64,000 bases of DNA from Opitutia bacterium (GCA_947478395.1 CANJVR010000001.1:704001-768000), one strand, 5' to 3'. Counted from the stretch's first letter, positions 1 through 10,532 are shown. The notes: generated by a model not told the origin, from the letters alone. Numbers and translations are program-made.

Positions 1-981
1 CGCGCCCAGGGCACCGAGGTGATTGTGGTTTCCTCCGGCGCGGTCGGCCTCGGGATGGGACGGCTAACACTCGCAAAAAAGCCCCGCGATCTCCCGAAAA
101 AGCAGGCCTGCGCCGCCGTCGGACAATCGCTCCTCATGCAAGCGTGGCAGGCGGCATTCGCGCCGCATACGTTGCCCGTCGCCCAGGTGCTCCTGACGCA
201 CGAAGACCTGCGCGCCCGCGAACGTTACCTCGGGATCAAACATTGCCTGCGCGAACTCATCGCCTACGGCACGATTCCGATCATCAACGAAAACGACACG
301 GTCAGCGCCGCCGAAATCAAATTCGGCGACAACGACACGCTCTCGGCTCTCGTCGCGAGTCTCATCGAGGCCGATCACCTCATCATCCTTTCCACCGCGC
401 CCGGCCTGATCGATTTGAAGGGCACCGGAAAAATCATCCCGGTGGTGGAACGCATCACGGCCGACGTGGAAGCGATGGCCGGCGGCACCACCAGCGAGAC
501 CGCCACCGGTGGCATGATCTCTAAAATTTCCGCGGCCAAACTGGCGACGCGCGCCGGTTGCGGCGTTTTCATCGCCAGCGGCGCCGAGCCCGCGATCGTG
601 GCACGCCTGCTCGCCGGCTCCGGTCCCGGTACATTCTTCGTGCCCAGCGGCCTCCCGCTCGAAGCCAAAAAACACTGGCTCGCTTATTTCCAGCGCCCCG
701 TCGGCACGATTCACCTCAATGAACGCGCCGGTCCCGTCCTGCTTGAGCGCGGCAGCAGCCTGCTCGCCGTTGGAGTCACCCACGCCAGCGGCGATTTCAG
801 CGCGGGCGATATCGTCAACATTTCCAGCCGCACCGGCACGATCATCGCCCGCGGTAAATCCAGCTTTGGGAGCGACGAAATCCCGGCGCTCGCAGGGCTC
901 AAAGCCGAGGCGCTCCGCGCGCTGTATCCGCAACGCAAACGCCTCGAGGTCGTGCATCGCAACGATCTCGTGCTGCTTTGA
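1..981 (+). CDS. proB: Glutamate 5-kinase with C-terminal PUA domain (5' end outside the window)
   Basis: VSSGAV, INENDTV, FGDNDTLSA and TGGMISKI motifs; ends HRNDLVLL; the frame is open from the window edge. Confidence 0.96.
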   Translation, partial: RAQGTEVIVVSSGAVGLGMGRLTLAKKPRDLPKKQACAAVGQSLLMQAWQAAFAPHTLPVAQVLLTHEDLRARERYLGIKHCLRELIAYGTIPIINENDTVSAAEIKFGDNDTLSALVASLIEADHLIILSTAPGLIDLKGTGKIIPVVERITADVEAMAGGTTSETATGGMISKISAAKLATRAGCGVFIASGAEPAIVARLLAGSGPGTFFVPSGLPLEAKKHWLAYFQRPVGTIHLNERAGPVLLERGSSLLAVGVTHASGDFSAGDIVNISSRTGTIIARGKSSFGSDEIPALAGLKAEALRALYPQRKRLEVVHRNDLVLL

Positions 982-1140
982 GCCAAGCCCCAAGGGGCAA
1001 ATCAACTTCCGGCCGTGACGAAGATTCATGGTCCGTCCAAAACGGACAGGTGTCCCCGTTTGCTTGCCATCGGCCGTTGCGACCGGCTGTCTAGCCCTTC
1101 CGCGCGCCCTGTGCGCGGAAAAAACTCCCGTCGATACTCC

Positions 1141-2547
1141 ATGAAATTTACCGCCCTGGTTCCCCTGTTACTCGCCCTCGCGTCGCTCTTGCCCACGGCC
1201 CACGCAGCGTCCGCGCCCGTGACGTGGGATACCGCCGCCACGATTCTCGCTCGCATCAAGGCCCCCACGTTTCCCGCCCGCGATTTTCCGATCACGAACT
1301 ACGGCGCCAAAGCGGACGGCACCACCGATTGCACGAAAGCCCTGCAAGCCGCGATCGCCGCGTGCTATACCGCCGGTGGCGGACGCGTGGTGGTGCCCGC
1401 CGGCGTTTTTCTCACCGGCGCGGTCCATCTGAAGAGCAACGTCAACCTCCACGTGCTCGCCGGAGCCACGCTGCGTTTCAGCACCGATCCCGCCGCCTAC
1501 CTGCCGGTCGTCCGCACCCGCTGGGAAGGCCTAGAGTGCATGAATTACTCGCCGTTTATCTACGCCTTCGAGCAAGAAAACATCGCCGTCACCGGCGAGG
1601 GCACACTCGACGGCAGCGCCGCGGCCGAAAACTGGTGGGGCTGGGCGCTGAAGGGCGCCGAAAAATCCACCCGTGCCACTCCCGATGTTCGGGCCCTCAA
1701 CGATCTCGCCGACCGCGGCGTGCCCCTGGCCGAGCGTGTTTTCGGTGCCGGACATCTTTTGCGGCCTTCGTTCATTCAACCTTACCTCTGCAAAAACATC
1801 CTGATCGAGGGCGTCACGATTCTCCGCTCGCCGATGTGGGAGGTCACGCCTGTGCTCAGTTCCAATATCATCGTGCGCGGCGTAAAAATCGACACGCACG
1901 GCCCCAACAACGATGGCTGCAATCCCGATTCCTGCCGCGACGTGCTGATTGAGAACTGCGTGTTCGACACCGGGGACGACTGCATCGCGATCAAGTCGGG
2001 CCGCAACAACGACGGCCGGCGCATCGGCGTGGCCTCGGAAAATCTGATCATCCGCAACTGCGTGATGAAAGACGGCCACGGCGGCGTGGTCCTCGGCAGC
2101 GAGGTCTCGGGCGACGTCCGTAACGTCTTCGTCGAAAACTGTACGATGGACAGCCCCCAACTGGAACGCGCCCTTCGCTTCAAATCGAACGCCAAGCGCG
2201 GCGGCACGATCGAGAATGTTTTCATGCGCAACGTCACCGTCGGCCAGGTGGCTGAGGCGATTCTCACCATCGACTTCCTCTATGAAGATGGCGCTAAGGG
2301 CGACCACTTGCCCACGGTCCGCCACGTCCTCATCGAGAACGTCACGAGCAAGAACAGCCCGCGCGTGTTTTACGTGGCCAGTTTCAAGGGCGCGACGATC
2401 GACGACATCGTCGTCCGCAACTGCACCTTCGCCGGCATCACGAGCAGCGAGTTCATTCAGCACGCAGGGCGCATCACGCTCGACAATGTTACCATTCTGC
2501 CCGTGAAAAAATCGCCCAGCTTGAGCACACGCGAAGGCCCGCTCTGA
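1141..2547 (+). CDS. Secreted glycoside hydrolase family 28 (polygalacturonase-like)
   Basis: Signal peptide from ATG 1141; GH28 motifs NNDG, GDDCIAIKSG, GHGG and RFKS. Confidence 0.92.
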   Translation: MKFTALVPLLLALASLLPTAHAASAPVTWDTAATILARIKAPTFPARDFPITNYGAKADGTTDCTKALQAAIAACYTAGGGRVVVPAGVFLTGAVHLKSNVNLHVLAGATLRFSTDPAAYLPVVRTRWEGLECMNYSPFIYAFEQENIAVTGEGTLDGSAAAENWWGWALKGAEKSTRATPDVRALNDLADRGVPLAERVFGAGHLLRPSFIQPYLCKNILIEGVTILRSPMWEVTPVLSSNIIVRGVKIDTHGPNNDGCNPDSCRDVLIENCVFDTGDDCIAIKSGRNNDGRRIGVASENLIIRNCVMKDGHGGVVLGSEVSGDVRNVFVENCTMDSPQLERALRFKSNAKRGGTIENVFMRNVTVGQVAEAILTIDFLYEDGAKGDHLPTVRHVLIENVTSKNSPRVFYVASFKGATIDDIVVRNCTFAGITSSEFIQHAGRITLDNVTILPVKKSPSLSTREGPL

Positions 2548-2834
2548 CGCTGGACGGCGCTATTAGACCTCGCTCCGGCAAACCAACCCTGGCTTCGGCC
2601 AACCGCCTCAGGCATTCGGCGCTCGGAAAATTCCCGAGATCAGGGCCGTGGGTCCGGGTGAATCAGACGGCGCCCTTATTTTATCGCGCTAACTCGCGCG
2701 CCGCCGAATCGAGCGGAAATCGTCGTCGTACCACCGATGTCATCGGTTCGATCCGGGATGAAGAAACGAACTGAGGTCGCGTCCTTGGTATTGGCTTGGC
2801 TTCGCGATCAACCATTCTCCGCAAAGCACCGAGC

Positions 2835-3944
2835 ATGAGCCCGCCGATCAAATTCGTTCGCCTGCCACCCAATCGCGTCTGGCGAACCTATCAAGGCGGC
2901 CGGCTGCTCGACCACCTCGCGTCCGCTGCGTCGCCCGCCGATTCCCATTTTCCCGAGGATTGGATCGCGTCGACGACGCAGGCGATCAACCCGCCCGACG
3001 CCACCCGCCACCCATCGTCGGCCGGGCCGGAAGGCGTCTCGTCGGTCCTCGTGGGCTCCGACGTGATCCCGCGCAATTTCGCCGATCTGCTCGCGACCGA
3101 TGCCGCCGGTTTTCTAGGTGCCGCACACGCGCGGCGCTTTGGCGCGTCTCCGCAGCTGCTGGTCAAATATCTCGATCCCTCGACCCGGCTGCACTTTCAA
3201 GTCCACCCCACCGCCGATTTTGCTCGGCGGTTTCTCGGTGCGCCCTCTGGTAAAACCGAGGCGTACCATGTTCTCGCGGTGCGCGACGATCTGCCGCACC
3301 CGCCGTTTCTCTACCTCGGGTTCCAGCGACCGCCGTCCCGCGAAAATCTCCGTCACATGATCGCAACCCAGGACATCGCGGGAATCGAAGCCTGCTTTGA
3401 TCGGATCCCGGTCAGCGTGGGCGACACGTTGCTGGCGCCCGGCGGCGTGCCGCACGCGCTTGGGCCGGGATTGATGTTGGCCGAAATCCAAGAGCCGAGC
3501 GATCTCGTGGTGCGTTTTGAATTCGAACGCGGCGGCTACGTGATACCCGAGTCCTCGCGCTTCATGGGGCGCGGCCTTGATTTCTGCCTCGATGTGTTCG
3601 ATTTCGCCGCCTGGCCCGCCGCGCGTGTGTTCACGGAGGCATTCTGTCCGCCGCGCCGACGCCGCGCGCTCGGGGTCGATTCGTCCCAAGACGACCTCAT
3701 TGGCCACGAGCGCACACCGTGTTTCCGCGTCCGGAAAAGTCACATCCGAGCTCCGATTGTGCGCCATGAATCCGAATGCTTCATCGGCATCGTAACCGCC
3801 GGCACCGGCACCCTCCACGTCGGAGGAGAAATCCATGCCCTGCGGACCTTCGAAAAATTTTTCATCCCGGCCACCCTCGGCCCGTGGGAACTGATACCCA
3901 CCCCTACGCTCGAACTGCTGGAATGCTATCCACCGGCGGCGTGA
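2835..3944 (+). CDS. Class I mannose-6-phosphate isomerase-like cupin
   Basis: LLVKYLD, LHFQVHP, KTEAY, GGVPHA and EIQEPSD motifs. Confidence 0.8.
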   Translation: MSPPIKFVRLPPNRVWRTYQGGRLLDHLASAASPADSHFPEDWIASTTQAINPPDATRHPSSAGPEGVSSVLVGSDVIPRNFADLLATDAAGFLGAAHARRFGASPQLLVKYLDPSTRLHFQVHPTADFARRFLGAPSGKTEAYHVLAVRDDLPHPPFLYLGFQRPPSRENLRHMIATQDIAGIEACFDRIPVSVGDTLLAPGGVPHALGPGLMLAEIQEPSDLVVRFEFERGGYVIPESSRFMGRGLDFCLDVFDFAAWPAARVFTEAFCPPRRRRALGVDSSQDDLIGHERTPCFRVRKSHIRAPIVRHESECFIGIVTAGTGTLHVGGEIHALRTFEKFFIPATLGPWELIPTPTLELLECYPPAA

Positions 3945-4005
3945 AGCCCGGGATCCATTTCGTGCCGGGACGGGCGCGAAATGGGCCCCTTTAAACGGCC
4001 TAAAA

Positions 4006-4081
4006 TGGTGCCCCCGTCCGGAATTGAACCGGAATCCAACGTTTAGGAAACGCTTGCTCTATCCATTTGAGCTACGGGGAC
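4006..4081 (-). tRNA. tRNA-Arg (CCT)
   Basis: Reverse complement GTCCCCGTAGCTCAAATGGATAGAGC...TTCCTAA...GGTTCAATTCC...GGGGGCACCA folds as a cloverleaf with encoded CCA. Confidence 0.95.
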
Positions 4082-4133
4082 GCTGCGCCGGAATTCCGCG
4101 CATTACCTGTGGGTTGTAAGCCCAAAATGCGGG

Positions 4134-4162
4134 TTGACAACCCTGCTCCCAAAATCAGTTTC
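4134..4162 (+). promoter_or_regulatory. Candidate sigma70 promoter of rpsR
   Basis: TTGACA at 4134-4139; only a weak -10 (CAGTTT) 16 nt downstream. Confidence 0.4.
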
Positions 4163-4180
4163 ACCCTTCCACTTTTCGTC

Positions 4181-4375
4181 ATGAGCACCACCGCACCCGC
4201 CACGCAGACCCTCACGCCCGCCGAGATTCCCTTCACCACTCCGGAGGTGATGCGGCATTTCGTGACCGACACGGGCAAGATTCTGCCCCGCAAATACACC
4301 CATCTGACCGCGAAGCACCAGCGCGCTATCACCCGCACGCTCAAGCAGTCCCGCAATCTGCTGCTCGCGAAGTAA
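4181..4375 (+). CDS. rpsR: 30S ribosomal protein S18 (short, cysteine-free)
   Basis: FVTDTGKILPRKYTHLTAKHQRAITRTLKQSRNLLL matches the S18 core. Confidence 0.92.
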   Translation: MSTTAPATQTLTPAEIPFTTPEVMRHFVTDTGKILPRKYTHLTAKHQRAITRTLKQSRNLLLAK

Positions 4376-4399
4376 GGCTTCGCCTTGCGCTTCCTTTTC

Positions 4400-4428
4400 A
4401 GGCCGGAGTTCCCCGCTCCGGCCTTTTT
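4400..4428 (+). terminator. Intrinsic terminator after rpsR
   Basis: AGGCCGGAG...CTCCGGCCT stem followed by a T run. Confidence 0.8.
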
Positions 4429-4446
4429 CGTGTCGTCCTGCCAGCC

Positions 4447-5433
4447 ATGACCGCCCGGACTTATCGCGGCACCCCGCGCAACCTCGCCCTCCTCGCACAG
4501 GCTTTGCAGGCGGGAGAGCTGGTCGCCGTCCCAACGGAAACCGTCTACGGTCTCGCCGCCGACGCGCTCGACGCTCGTGCCTGCCGCAAGATTTTCACGG
4601 CCAAAGGCCGGCCCGCGAACGACCCGCTGATCGTTCACATTCACGCGCTCCGTCAACTTGAACTCGTTGCCCGGCCGAACTCCGCCGCGCTCAAGCTCGC
4701 AAAAAAATTCTGGCCCGGGCCACTCACGCTTGTGCTGCCAAAGACCGAAGCGATCTCCGCCGTCGTTTCCGCCGGACTACCGAGCGTCGCCGTCCGCATG
4801 CCCGCGCATCCGCTTTTCCGCCGGTTGCTAAAACTGACCGGCGTCCCGCTCGCCGCGCCGAGTGCCAACCGCTTCGGCTACGTCAGCCCGACCACGGCCG
4901 CGCACGTGCACGAAGGTCTCGGAAAAAAAATCCGCTACATTCTCGACGGCGGTCCCGCCCAAATCGGGCTCGAGTCCACCATCGTCGATCTCCGCGATCC
5001 TCTGCATCCACAATTGCTGCGTCCGGGCGCGATCACGCGCACCGCACTCAGCCGCGCCTTGGGCCGTCCCGTTGGAACGCCGGCCTCCACCCCCGCACGC
5101 GTCGACACGGCGCAGCTCGCTCCCGGCCTGTTGGCCCGCCACTACAGCCCGCGAACTCCCGTCACGCTCCATCAGCAACTTTCGGTCCGCGCCGCCGCGA
5201 TCTCATCGGCGGACGAAGCCTGGTTGTTCATCTCCCGCCCTGCCCGCCTGCGCGGTGAAAATATTTTCTGGCTCGATGCGAAGGGAGAGTTGGGCGGTGT
5301 CGCGCACACGCTTTTCGCCACCTTGCGTCGGCTTGATCGTAGCGGCTACCGCCGCATCCACGTCGAACTTGCCCGGGGTGACGGCCTCGCAGCCGCGATC
5401 AACGATCGCCTGCGCCGCGCTGCGGCCCGGTGA
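4447..5433 (+). CDS. sua5: Threonylcarbamoyl-AMP synthase, Sua5 (TsaC2) type
   Basis: PTETVYGLAA, KGRPANDPLIVH, APSAN, APGLLARHYSP and AINDRLRRAA motifs. Confidence 0.95.
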   Translation: MTARTYRGTPRNLALLAQALQAGELVAVPTETVYGLAADALDARACRKIFTAKGRPANDPLIVHIHALRQLELVARPNSAALKLAKKFWPGPLTLVLPKTEAISAVVSAGLPSVAVRMPAHPLFRRLLKLTGVPLAAPSANRFGYVSPTTAAHVHEGLGKKIRYILDGGPAQIGLESTIVDLRDPLHPQLLRPGAITRTALSRALGRPVGTPASTPARVDTAQLAPGLLARHYSPRTPVTLHQQLSVRAAAISSADEAWLFISRPARLRGENIFWLDAKGELGGVAHTLFATLRRLDRSGYRRIHVELARGDGLAAAINDRLRRAAAR

Positions 5434-5460
5434 AAGTTTGTTGCGCCTAGATACGGGCGC

Positions 5461-6666
5461 TTACGACACCGGGGCCAAGGTCTCCGCGACCGGCGTCCGA
5501 TAAGCTTTCGCGGCCGGTACGGCGCCCCCAAGGGCGCACAGCGCAATCATCGCAACGGGGCAAATCCAGAGGACCGGATGCATCGCCGCCACCTCGAGGA
5601 CGACGCCGGTCTGCGCGCGGATCACTCCGGCCACGGCCACCAGCAACGCGCCATAAATCGCAAATCCACCCACCGCGCCGAGCAGGCCGATGGCCGCGGC
5701 TTCCGCCACGACCGCACCGAAAATCGTCCGCCGCCGCGCTCCTAGCGCGCGCAGAATCGCGAGGTCGCGCTGCCGCGCACTCATCGAATTATAAATGCTC
5801 GCGAGCACCGAACCGGCCGCGACGAGCGCAACGAGGTACGCCACCAGCGCGAGCACCTGGTCGAACCATGAAATTTTACCGAACAATTCCGCGATGATCG
5901 CGTTCACCGGATAAGCCAGCGTCAGCCGGTTGCCCTGTTTGTTGATCATTACGTCGAGCATCATGCCCGCCGTCTGCGCCCGCAGTTGCACCAACACGGC
6001 ACTTACATCGGTCGCCGCTTTCGCGTCGTGGCCACTCATCGTCTGCACACCTTGCAACGGAATCCAAACGACTTTGTCCGCCGGCGTGTTGGTCGGCGCG
6101 AGCACGCCCGCGACGGTATACGTCTCCGCGTGTTCGTTCTTGGGATCGAAAGCCAGACCGTGAAAGGGATGGAACGTGTCGCCAGCTTTCAGACCCAGCC
6201 GGTCCGCCGCGAAACTTCCCACCACGGCTTCGCGCGCGGCCTCACCGAAAATTTTTCCGCCCGGCTGCACCGCATATTTTTTCCCCGCTGCGTACTCCAC
6301 CGTCGTGAAAAGTTCAGGCAGGGTGCCGACGATGCGATATCCGCGCAGGTTGTCGCCCACCGCGATAGGGATCGCGGTCTTCACCGCCGGATGACGCTTG
6401 ATCGCTTCGTAGTCACTCCAGGCCAAATTCCCCGGCGAAGCCTCCAGATGAAAAATCGCGTTGAGCACAAGCTGTAGCTTTGAACCACGCGCACCGAGCA
6501 CGGCATCGAACGCCGTCGACGTCGAAACGAAGGCCGCTTGCGCCTGCGCCTTTACCATCCACACGGTCATCAGCAAACCGCACGCGAGAGCGATGCTGCC
6601 GGCTGTGATGAGCGTCGAAAGCGCGTGCTGGCGCAGCGAGCGGTAAATAATGAGCGGGAGCGTCAC
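5461..6666 (-). CDS. ABC transporter permease (FtsX/MacB-like)
   Basis: N-terminal TM helix, periplasmic domain, [11 protein letters not shown] motif and C-terminal TM helices; overlaps the ATPase stop by 4 nt. Confidence 0.88.
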   Translation of the reverse strand: MTLPLIIYRSLRQHALSTLITAGSIALACGLLMTVWMVKAQAQAAFVSTSTAFDAVLGARGSKLQLVLNAIFHLEASPGNLAWSDYEAIKRHPAVKTAIPIAVGDNLRGYRIVGTLPELFTTVEYAAGKKYAVQPGGKIFGEAAREAVVGSFAADRLGLKAGDTFHPFHGLAFDPKNEHAETYTVAGVLAPTNTPADKVVWIPLQGVQTMSGHDAKAATDVSAVLVQLRAQTAGMMLDVMINKQGNRLTLAYPVNAIIAELFGKISWFDQVLALVAYLVALVAAGSVLASIYNSMSARQRDLAILRALGARRRTIFGAVVAEAAAIGLLGAVGGFAIYGALLVAVAGVIRAQTGVVLEVAAMHPVLWICPVAMIALCALGGAVPAAKAYRTPVAETLAPVS

Positions 6667-7343
6667 GGTGAAAGCACGCCGCGGGCGGCAGCGTTAATGA
6701 CCCTGAAATCCTGCACGCCCGCGAACTGCGCGAGCACCGCTTCGTCGTGGCTCACCAACAAAAGCGCCGCCGCGTTTTCTCGGCAAACTTCACGGATCAG
6801 CGCCAAGGCCTCGTGCGCGTGTACGCGATCGAGATTGCCCGTCGGCTCGTCCGCGAGGACCAGCTTCGGCCGGTTCGCAAGCGCGCGAGCGACCGCCACG
6901 CGCTGCTGCTGGCCCGTGGAAAGTTGGCGCGGAAAATGGCGCAGCCGGTGCCCCAGTCCGACGCGCGTCAATAACTCCGTGGCCTGTACGCGATCAGCGC
7001 CGCGCGGCCCGAAGCTCATGCCCAGCATCACGTTTTCCAAAACCGTGTAGCCCTGCAGAAGATTAAAAGTTTGGAAAATGTAGCCGAGTTTTTCCGCCCG
7101 CAACTGGTCCCGCCGCGACTCGGTCAGCGCCGCCATGTCGATACCGTCGATCTCCACGCGTCCCCCATCCGCCGAGAGAATGCCGGCGATCAAATTCAAA
7201 AACGTGGTCTTCCCCGACCCGCTCTCCCCGCGCAACGCCCGCTGCTCTCCCGCCCCGAGGGCGAAAGCCGGGACACGCACGATCTCGACGCGCCCACCTT
7301 CGGGGACCTCAAACGATTTCGTCAGATCGGTGACAACCAGCAT
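6663..7343 (-). CDS. ABC transporter ATP-binding protein (LolD-like)
   Basis: [27 protein letters not shown] and VSHD motifs. Confidence 0.93.
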   Translation of the reverse strand: MLVVTDLTKSFEVPEGGRVEIVRVPAFALGAGEQRALRGESGSGKTTFLNLIAGILSADGGRVEIDGIDMAALTESRRDQLRAEKLGYIFQTFNLLQGYTVLENVMLGMSFGPRGADRVQATELLTRVGLGHRLRHFPRQLSTGQQQRVAVARALANRPKLVLADEPTGNLDRVHAHEALALIREVCRENAAALLLVSHDEAVLAQFAGVQDFRVINAAARGVLSP

Positions 7344-7506
7344 CGTGCGGAAGTTAAGGAATCACGGCCTGCACGCCAACTGTTTCTCACCGGGCCGCCC
7401 ACCATGAGGGAAAGCCTGCGACGCTCCAAACCTGGCGCCCGACGCTGCATCGAAAAAAGAGCACCGCGTCGGGAGCGAAGTCGCGCGGGGCCGCGCCGCA
7501 CGCGAC

Positions 7507-9156
7507 TCATTCCGATTTTTTGCGGGGCCGCGGACGGCGCCCGCCTTTTTCACTGCCAGCGTCGTCTTCGGCAAACTTCGTGGCTTTCGCGTTCAACCAG
7601 ATTTCGTCCTTCGCGTTTTTGTTTAGCCAGAAAATTTCTCCCGCATGTTCGACGAACACCGGCTTTTCGCGCGATTTCCCCGGCACTTTCAAGCCAGCAG
7701 CGACCACGGTCGCGAGCAGATCCTCCGGCGAACGCACGAGCTCAGCCGCGACGCGTTCGAGTTTACCGGCGAAGCCACCGGTCTTCGTTTCCTTAAGCAA
7801 CAAGCGTACTGCGCCCAATACATTACCGGAAACCGACGCGGCCGACTTGGGCTTGGTTACCGCCGCCACTTCGGCGGCCGGCGCAGGCGCCGGCGGAGTT
7901 TGATCCGAGGACGCGGCTGGAGCGGAGACCGTCGATTCCGACGCGGGCGCTTCCTCCCCCTTTTCACGTCCATTGATCCAGATGCCGCCGCGCTGATCCT
8001 GGTTGAGCCACCAGACATGTTCGCCGATTTCGAGGTTAACCGGCTTGTCGGCCGGTGTTGCAGGCAACACCAGACCCAGAGCGGCAAAGCTCGCCATTAA
8101 ATCCGCTTCGCTGCAGCGCAGGGCGCGCGCCAGAAAAGTCGTGCTGCCTGAACCGCCCGGTCCACGCCGATTACGGCGCATGAGCGGACGCACTTTTTCC
8201 AGGATCTCGATGCCTCCGTCGATCGGCGTGCCCAATGCCGGAGCGACTGTCGCGGGCACCGGGGCGTCGGACGCGGGCCGGTTGTCAGCTTTGGACGCGC
8301 GCGATTCCCGAGGGCGAGGCTGAAACACGGGCGCTTCAGCGCGCGGCACCCCCGCGTTCGAATCAGCCGGAGCCACGCCGACTCCCGAGGCCCCAGCGAC
8401 CTCTGCTTCCGGCGGCGCGAAAGGCGTGGCCTTCACCGTCCGGAATACAGGGCGCGGCTTCTCCTTGGTGTTGATCCACAGTTCGCCGCGGCGGTTGATG
8501 TTGAGCCAAAAAAGATCGCCGTCGAATTCGACGTAGGCGGGCGGTGAATCCTCGTCTTCAGGGACCACAAATCCGCATTCTTTCAGCGCGCCGATCACAT
8601 CGGCGTCGCTGAAATCCCATTTCTTCGCGAGATAATCGACGCCCACCGACATGCCGGGACCGCGTTGATTGCGGCGCATGTGGGGCTTCATCGCTTCGAA
8701 AAACGACGGTAGTTCCTCCTCCTGGCCGAGCTTGTCCCATTCGTCCTTCGGCGCTTCGTCTTCCTGCAATTCAGGATCGCCGTCGCGTTCCGTGTCACGC
8801 AGTCGGCGGAAACCATCTTCGGGCGCGGCTTTTTCGGCGATCACGCTCTCGGGCTTTTCCTCGGCGCTCGCGGACGGCGCTGCGGCCGTCGCGTTTTTGA
8901 ACTTAGCCTCGAATTCCGCCCGGAGTTTTTCCGCTTCCGTTTTGGCCGCGGCGGCCGCGGCATCCTGCAACGTCCAGTCACGCTGCGTCGAGCGACGCGC
9001 GAGGCCGGTGAAGGCGAGCATGTTCTCCGGTTGGCTATAAAACGAAATGATCTCCCACTCTTCTTTGCCGAGATCGTTTAAAAATTTTTCCATGAGCACG
9101 GGCGTGGCGAAACCGCCGCGGCCGCTCGTGATAACCTTATATTCCCAAAGTGACAT
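7507..9156 (-). CDS. Hypothetical protein: DUF4177-like N-terminus plus three repeats of a ~80-aa domain
   Basis: N-terminal WEYKV...LNDLGKEEWEII; three internal repeats ending in [FW]WLNxxxxxxxW[IL]N. Confidence 0.85.
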   Translation of the reverse strand: MSLWEYKVITSGRGGFATPVLMEKFLNDLGKEEWEIISFYSQPENMLAFTGLARRSTQRDWTLQDAAAAAAKTEAEKLRAEFEAKFKNATAAAPSASAEEKPESVIAEKAAPEDGFRRLRDTERDGDPELQEDEAPKDEWDKLGQEEELPSFFEAMKPHMRRNQRGPGMSVGVDYLAKKWDFSDADVIGALKECGFVVPEDEDSPPAYVEFDGDLFWLNINRRGELWINTKEKPRPVFRTVKATPFAPPEAEVAGASGVGVAPADSNAGVPRAEAPVFQPRPRESRASKADNRPASDAPVPATVAPALGTPIDGGIEILEKVRPLMRRNRRGPGGSGSTTFLARALRCSEADLMASFAALGLVLPATPADKPVNLEIGEHVWWLNQDQRGGIWINGREKGEEAPASESTVSAPAASSDQTPPAPAPAAEVAAVTKPKSAASVSGNVLGAVRLLLKETKTGGFAGKLERVAAELVRSPEDLLATVVAAGLKVPGKSREKPVFVEHAGEIFWLNKNAKDEIWLNAKATKFAEDDAGSEKGGRRPRPRKKSE

Positions 9157-9395
9157 AGAGAGTGGTTGAAGAAGCTAAAGTTAACCCATCCCAAATGGTC
9201 CGCAGCTTGCCGAGTCAAATCGCGCCCTCGACCGTGGTTCAAAGTCCGAGACGACGACAAAACATCGGCAGCTGAGACACCACGCCATACGATGCGGGAC
9301 GAAGCGGCTGAGGTCGCCGGTGGTCCGGGCGTATCCTCGCGCACGCAGAGACCGCCGGCCTCGTGGTTGACGACCCACAGGGCTTGCGCCAACCG

Positions 9396-10532
9396 CTACT
9401 TCGTTACCACGGACAAAAAATGGCGCAGGGCATAAGCCGTGAGCTGCCCGCCAGGTCCGGAGAGATTGTAGTCGAACGCGTGCGTGGCCCACGGCAGCGC
9501 CACAAAAACATGCGGCACGCCCGCCTCCGTGAGTTTTGCATCGAGGCGCTCGCTTTGTTTGTACCACACGAGCGTGTCGATCGCGCCGTGAATAAGCAGG
9601 GTCGGCGGCACGCCGGCGTGCGTGTGCAAGTAAGCACTCGCGCTATCGTAGGCAGCCGCGGCTGCGTCGGGCGCACCGCCGAGAAACGCGCGCAACAGTT
9701 GCGGCGATTTCAGAACGTCGTCATCGCGCGCGTATTTGTACGCGAAGAACATGTCGTGCGGCGAATACAGCGCCACCAGCCCGCGGATGGCCGGATCGTT
9801 TTCCGTGTACGCCACCGCACTGGCGATCTGCCCGCCGGCGCTCCGGCCGAGCAGGATCAGCCGGGTCGCATCGATGCCGAGTTCGGCCGCGTGACCTTTG
9901 AGCCAGGCGATCGCCGCGCGCACGTCGTCGCGTTGCGCCGGCCAGACGGCTTGGGGCGCGAGCCGATAATCGATTGCCGCGACCGCGTAGCCCTCGCGCG
10001 CGAGCCAGTGATTGAATCCGTCCAGTTGCGTGCGATCGCCGCTGTCCCAACCGCCGCCATGCACCACCAACACGCAGGGCACGCGACCGCCACCGACGGC
10101 GCTACGGTAGAAATCGAGTTCAAGCTCGCCGGAAAATTTTCTTGTTTCGATCAGCACCGACCTCGGCGCGGCATGAAAAAAACCGGCGACCGAAAACGGC
10201 GGCGCTTCGAGCGCGGGACGCGCCGGCCCGAAGGCCTGCTCCAGTGCCGCAGGTAATCCCACCGCGATCTGGCGCGCTTGCATCGAGGGCTTAAGCAAAA
10301 GTGCGGCGTCGATCAGACAAAGCACCACGATCGCTCCGCGAAAGACGCCGTGGCCGCCGAGACTGAGAACTGCGAGCAGTGCGATCAGGATGGGCCCAAG
10401 CACGAGCCAGTGACCGAAATCGCCCGCGAGGAGCGCGAGCTTCCACTCGGACCAATCCGGCGAACGAAATACCGTCAACGCACCGAGTGGCAAAAAAAGG
10501 AGGGCGAAAAAAAGCAGGATCCAGCACAGCAT
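9396..10532 (-). CDS. Membrane-anchored alpha/beta hydrolase (HSL/GDXG-type esterase)
   Basis: N-terminal TM helices; HGGGW, GRSAGG, HGAIDTLV and HAFD motifs. Confidence 0.9.
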   Translation of the reverse strand: MLCWILLFFALLFLPLGALTVFRSPDWSEWKLALLAGDFGHWLVLGPILIALLAVLSLGGHGVFRGAIVVLCLIDAALLLKPSMQARQIAVGLPAALEQAFGPARPALEAPPFSVAGFFHAAPRSVLIETRKFSGELELDFYRSAVGGGRVPCVLVVHGGGWDSGDRTQLDGFNHWLAREGYAVAAIDYRLAPQAVWPAQRDDVRAAIAWLKGHAAELGIDATRLILLGRSAGGQIASAVAYTENDPAIRGLVALYSPHDMFFAYKYARDDDVLKSPQLLRAFLGGAPDAAAAAYDSASAYLHTHAGVPPTLLIHGAIDTLVWYKQSERLDAKLTEAGVPHVFVALPWATHAFDYNLSGPGGQLTAYALRHFLSVVTK

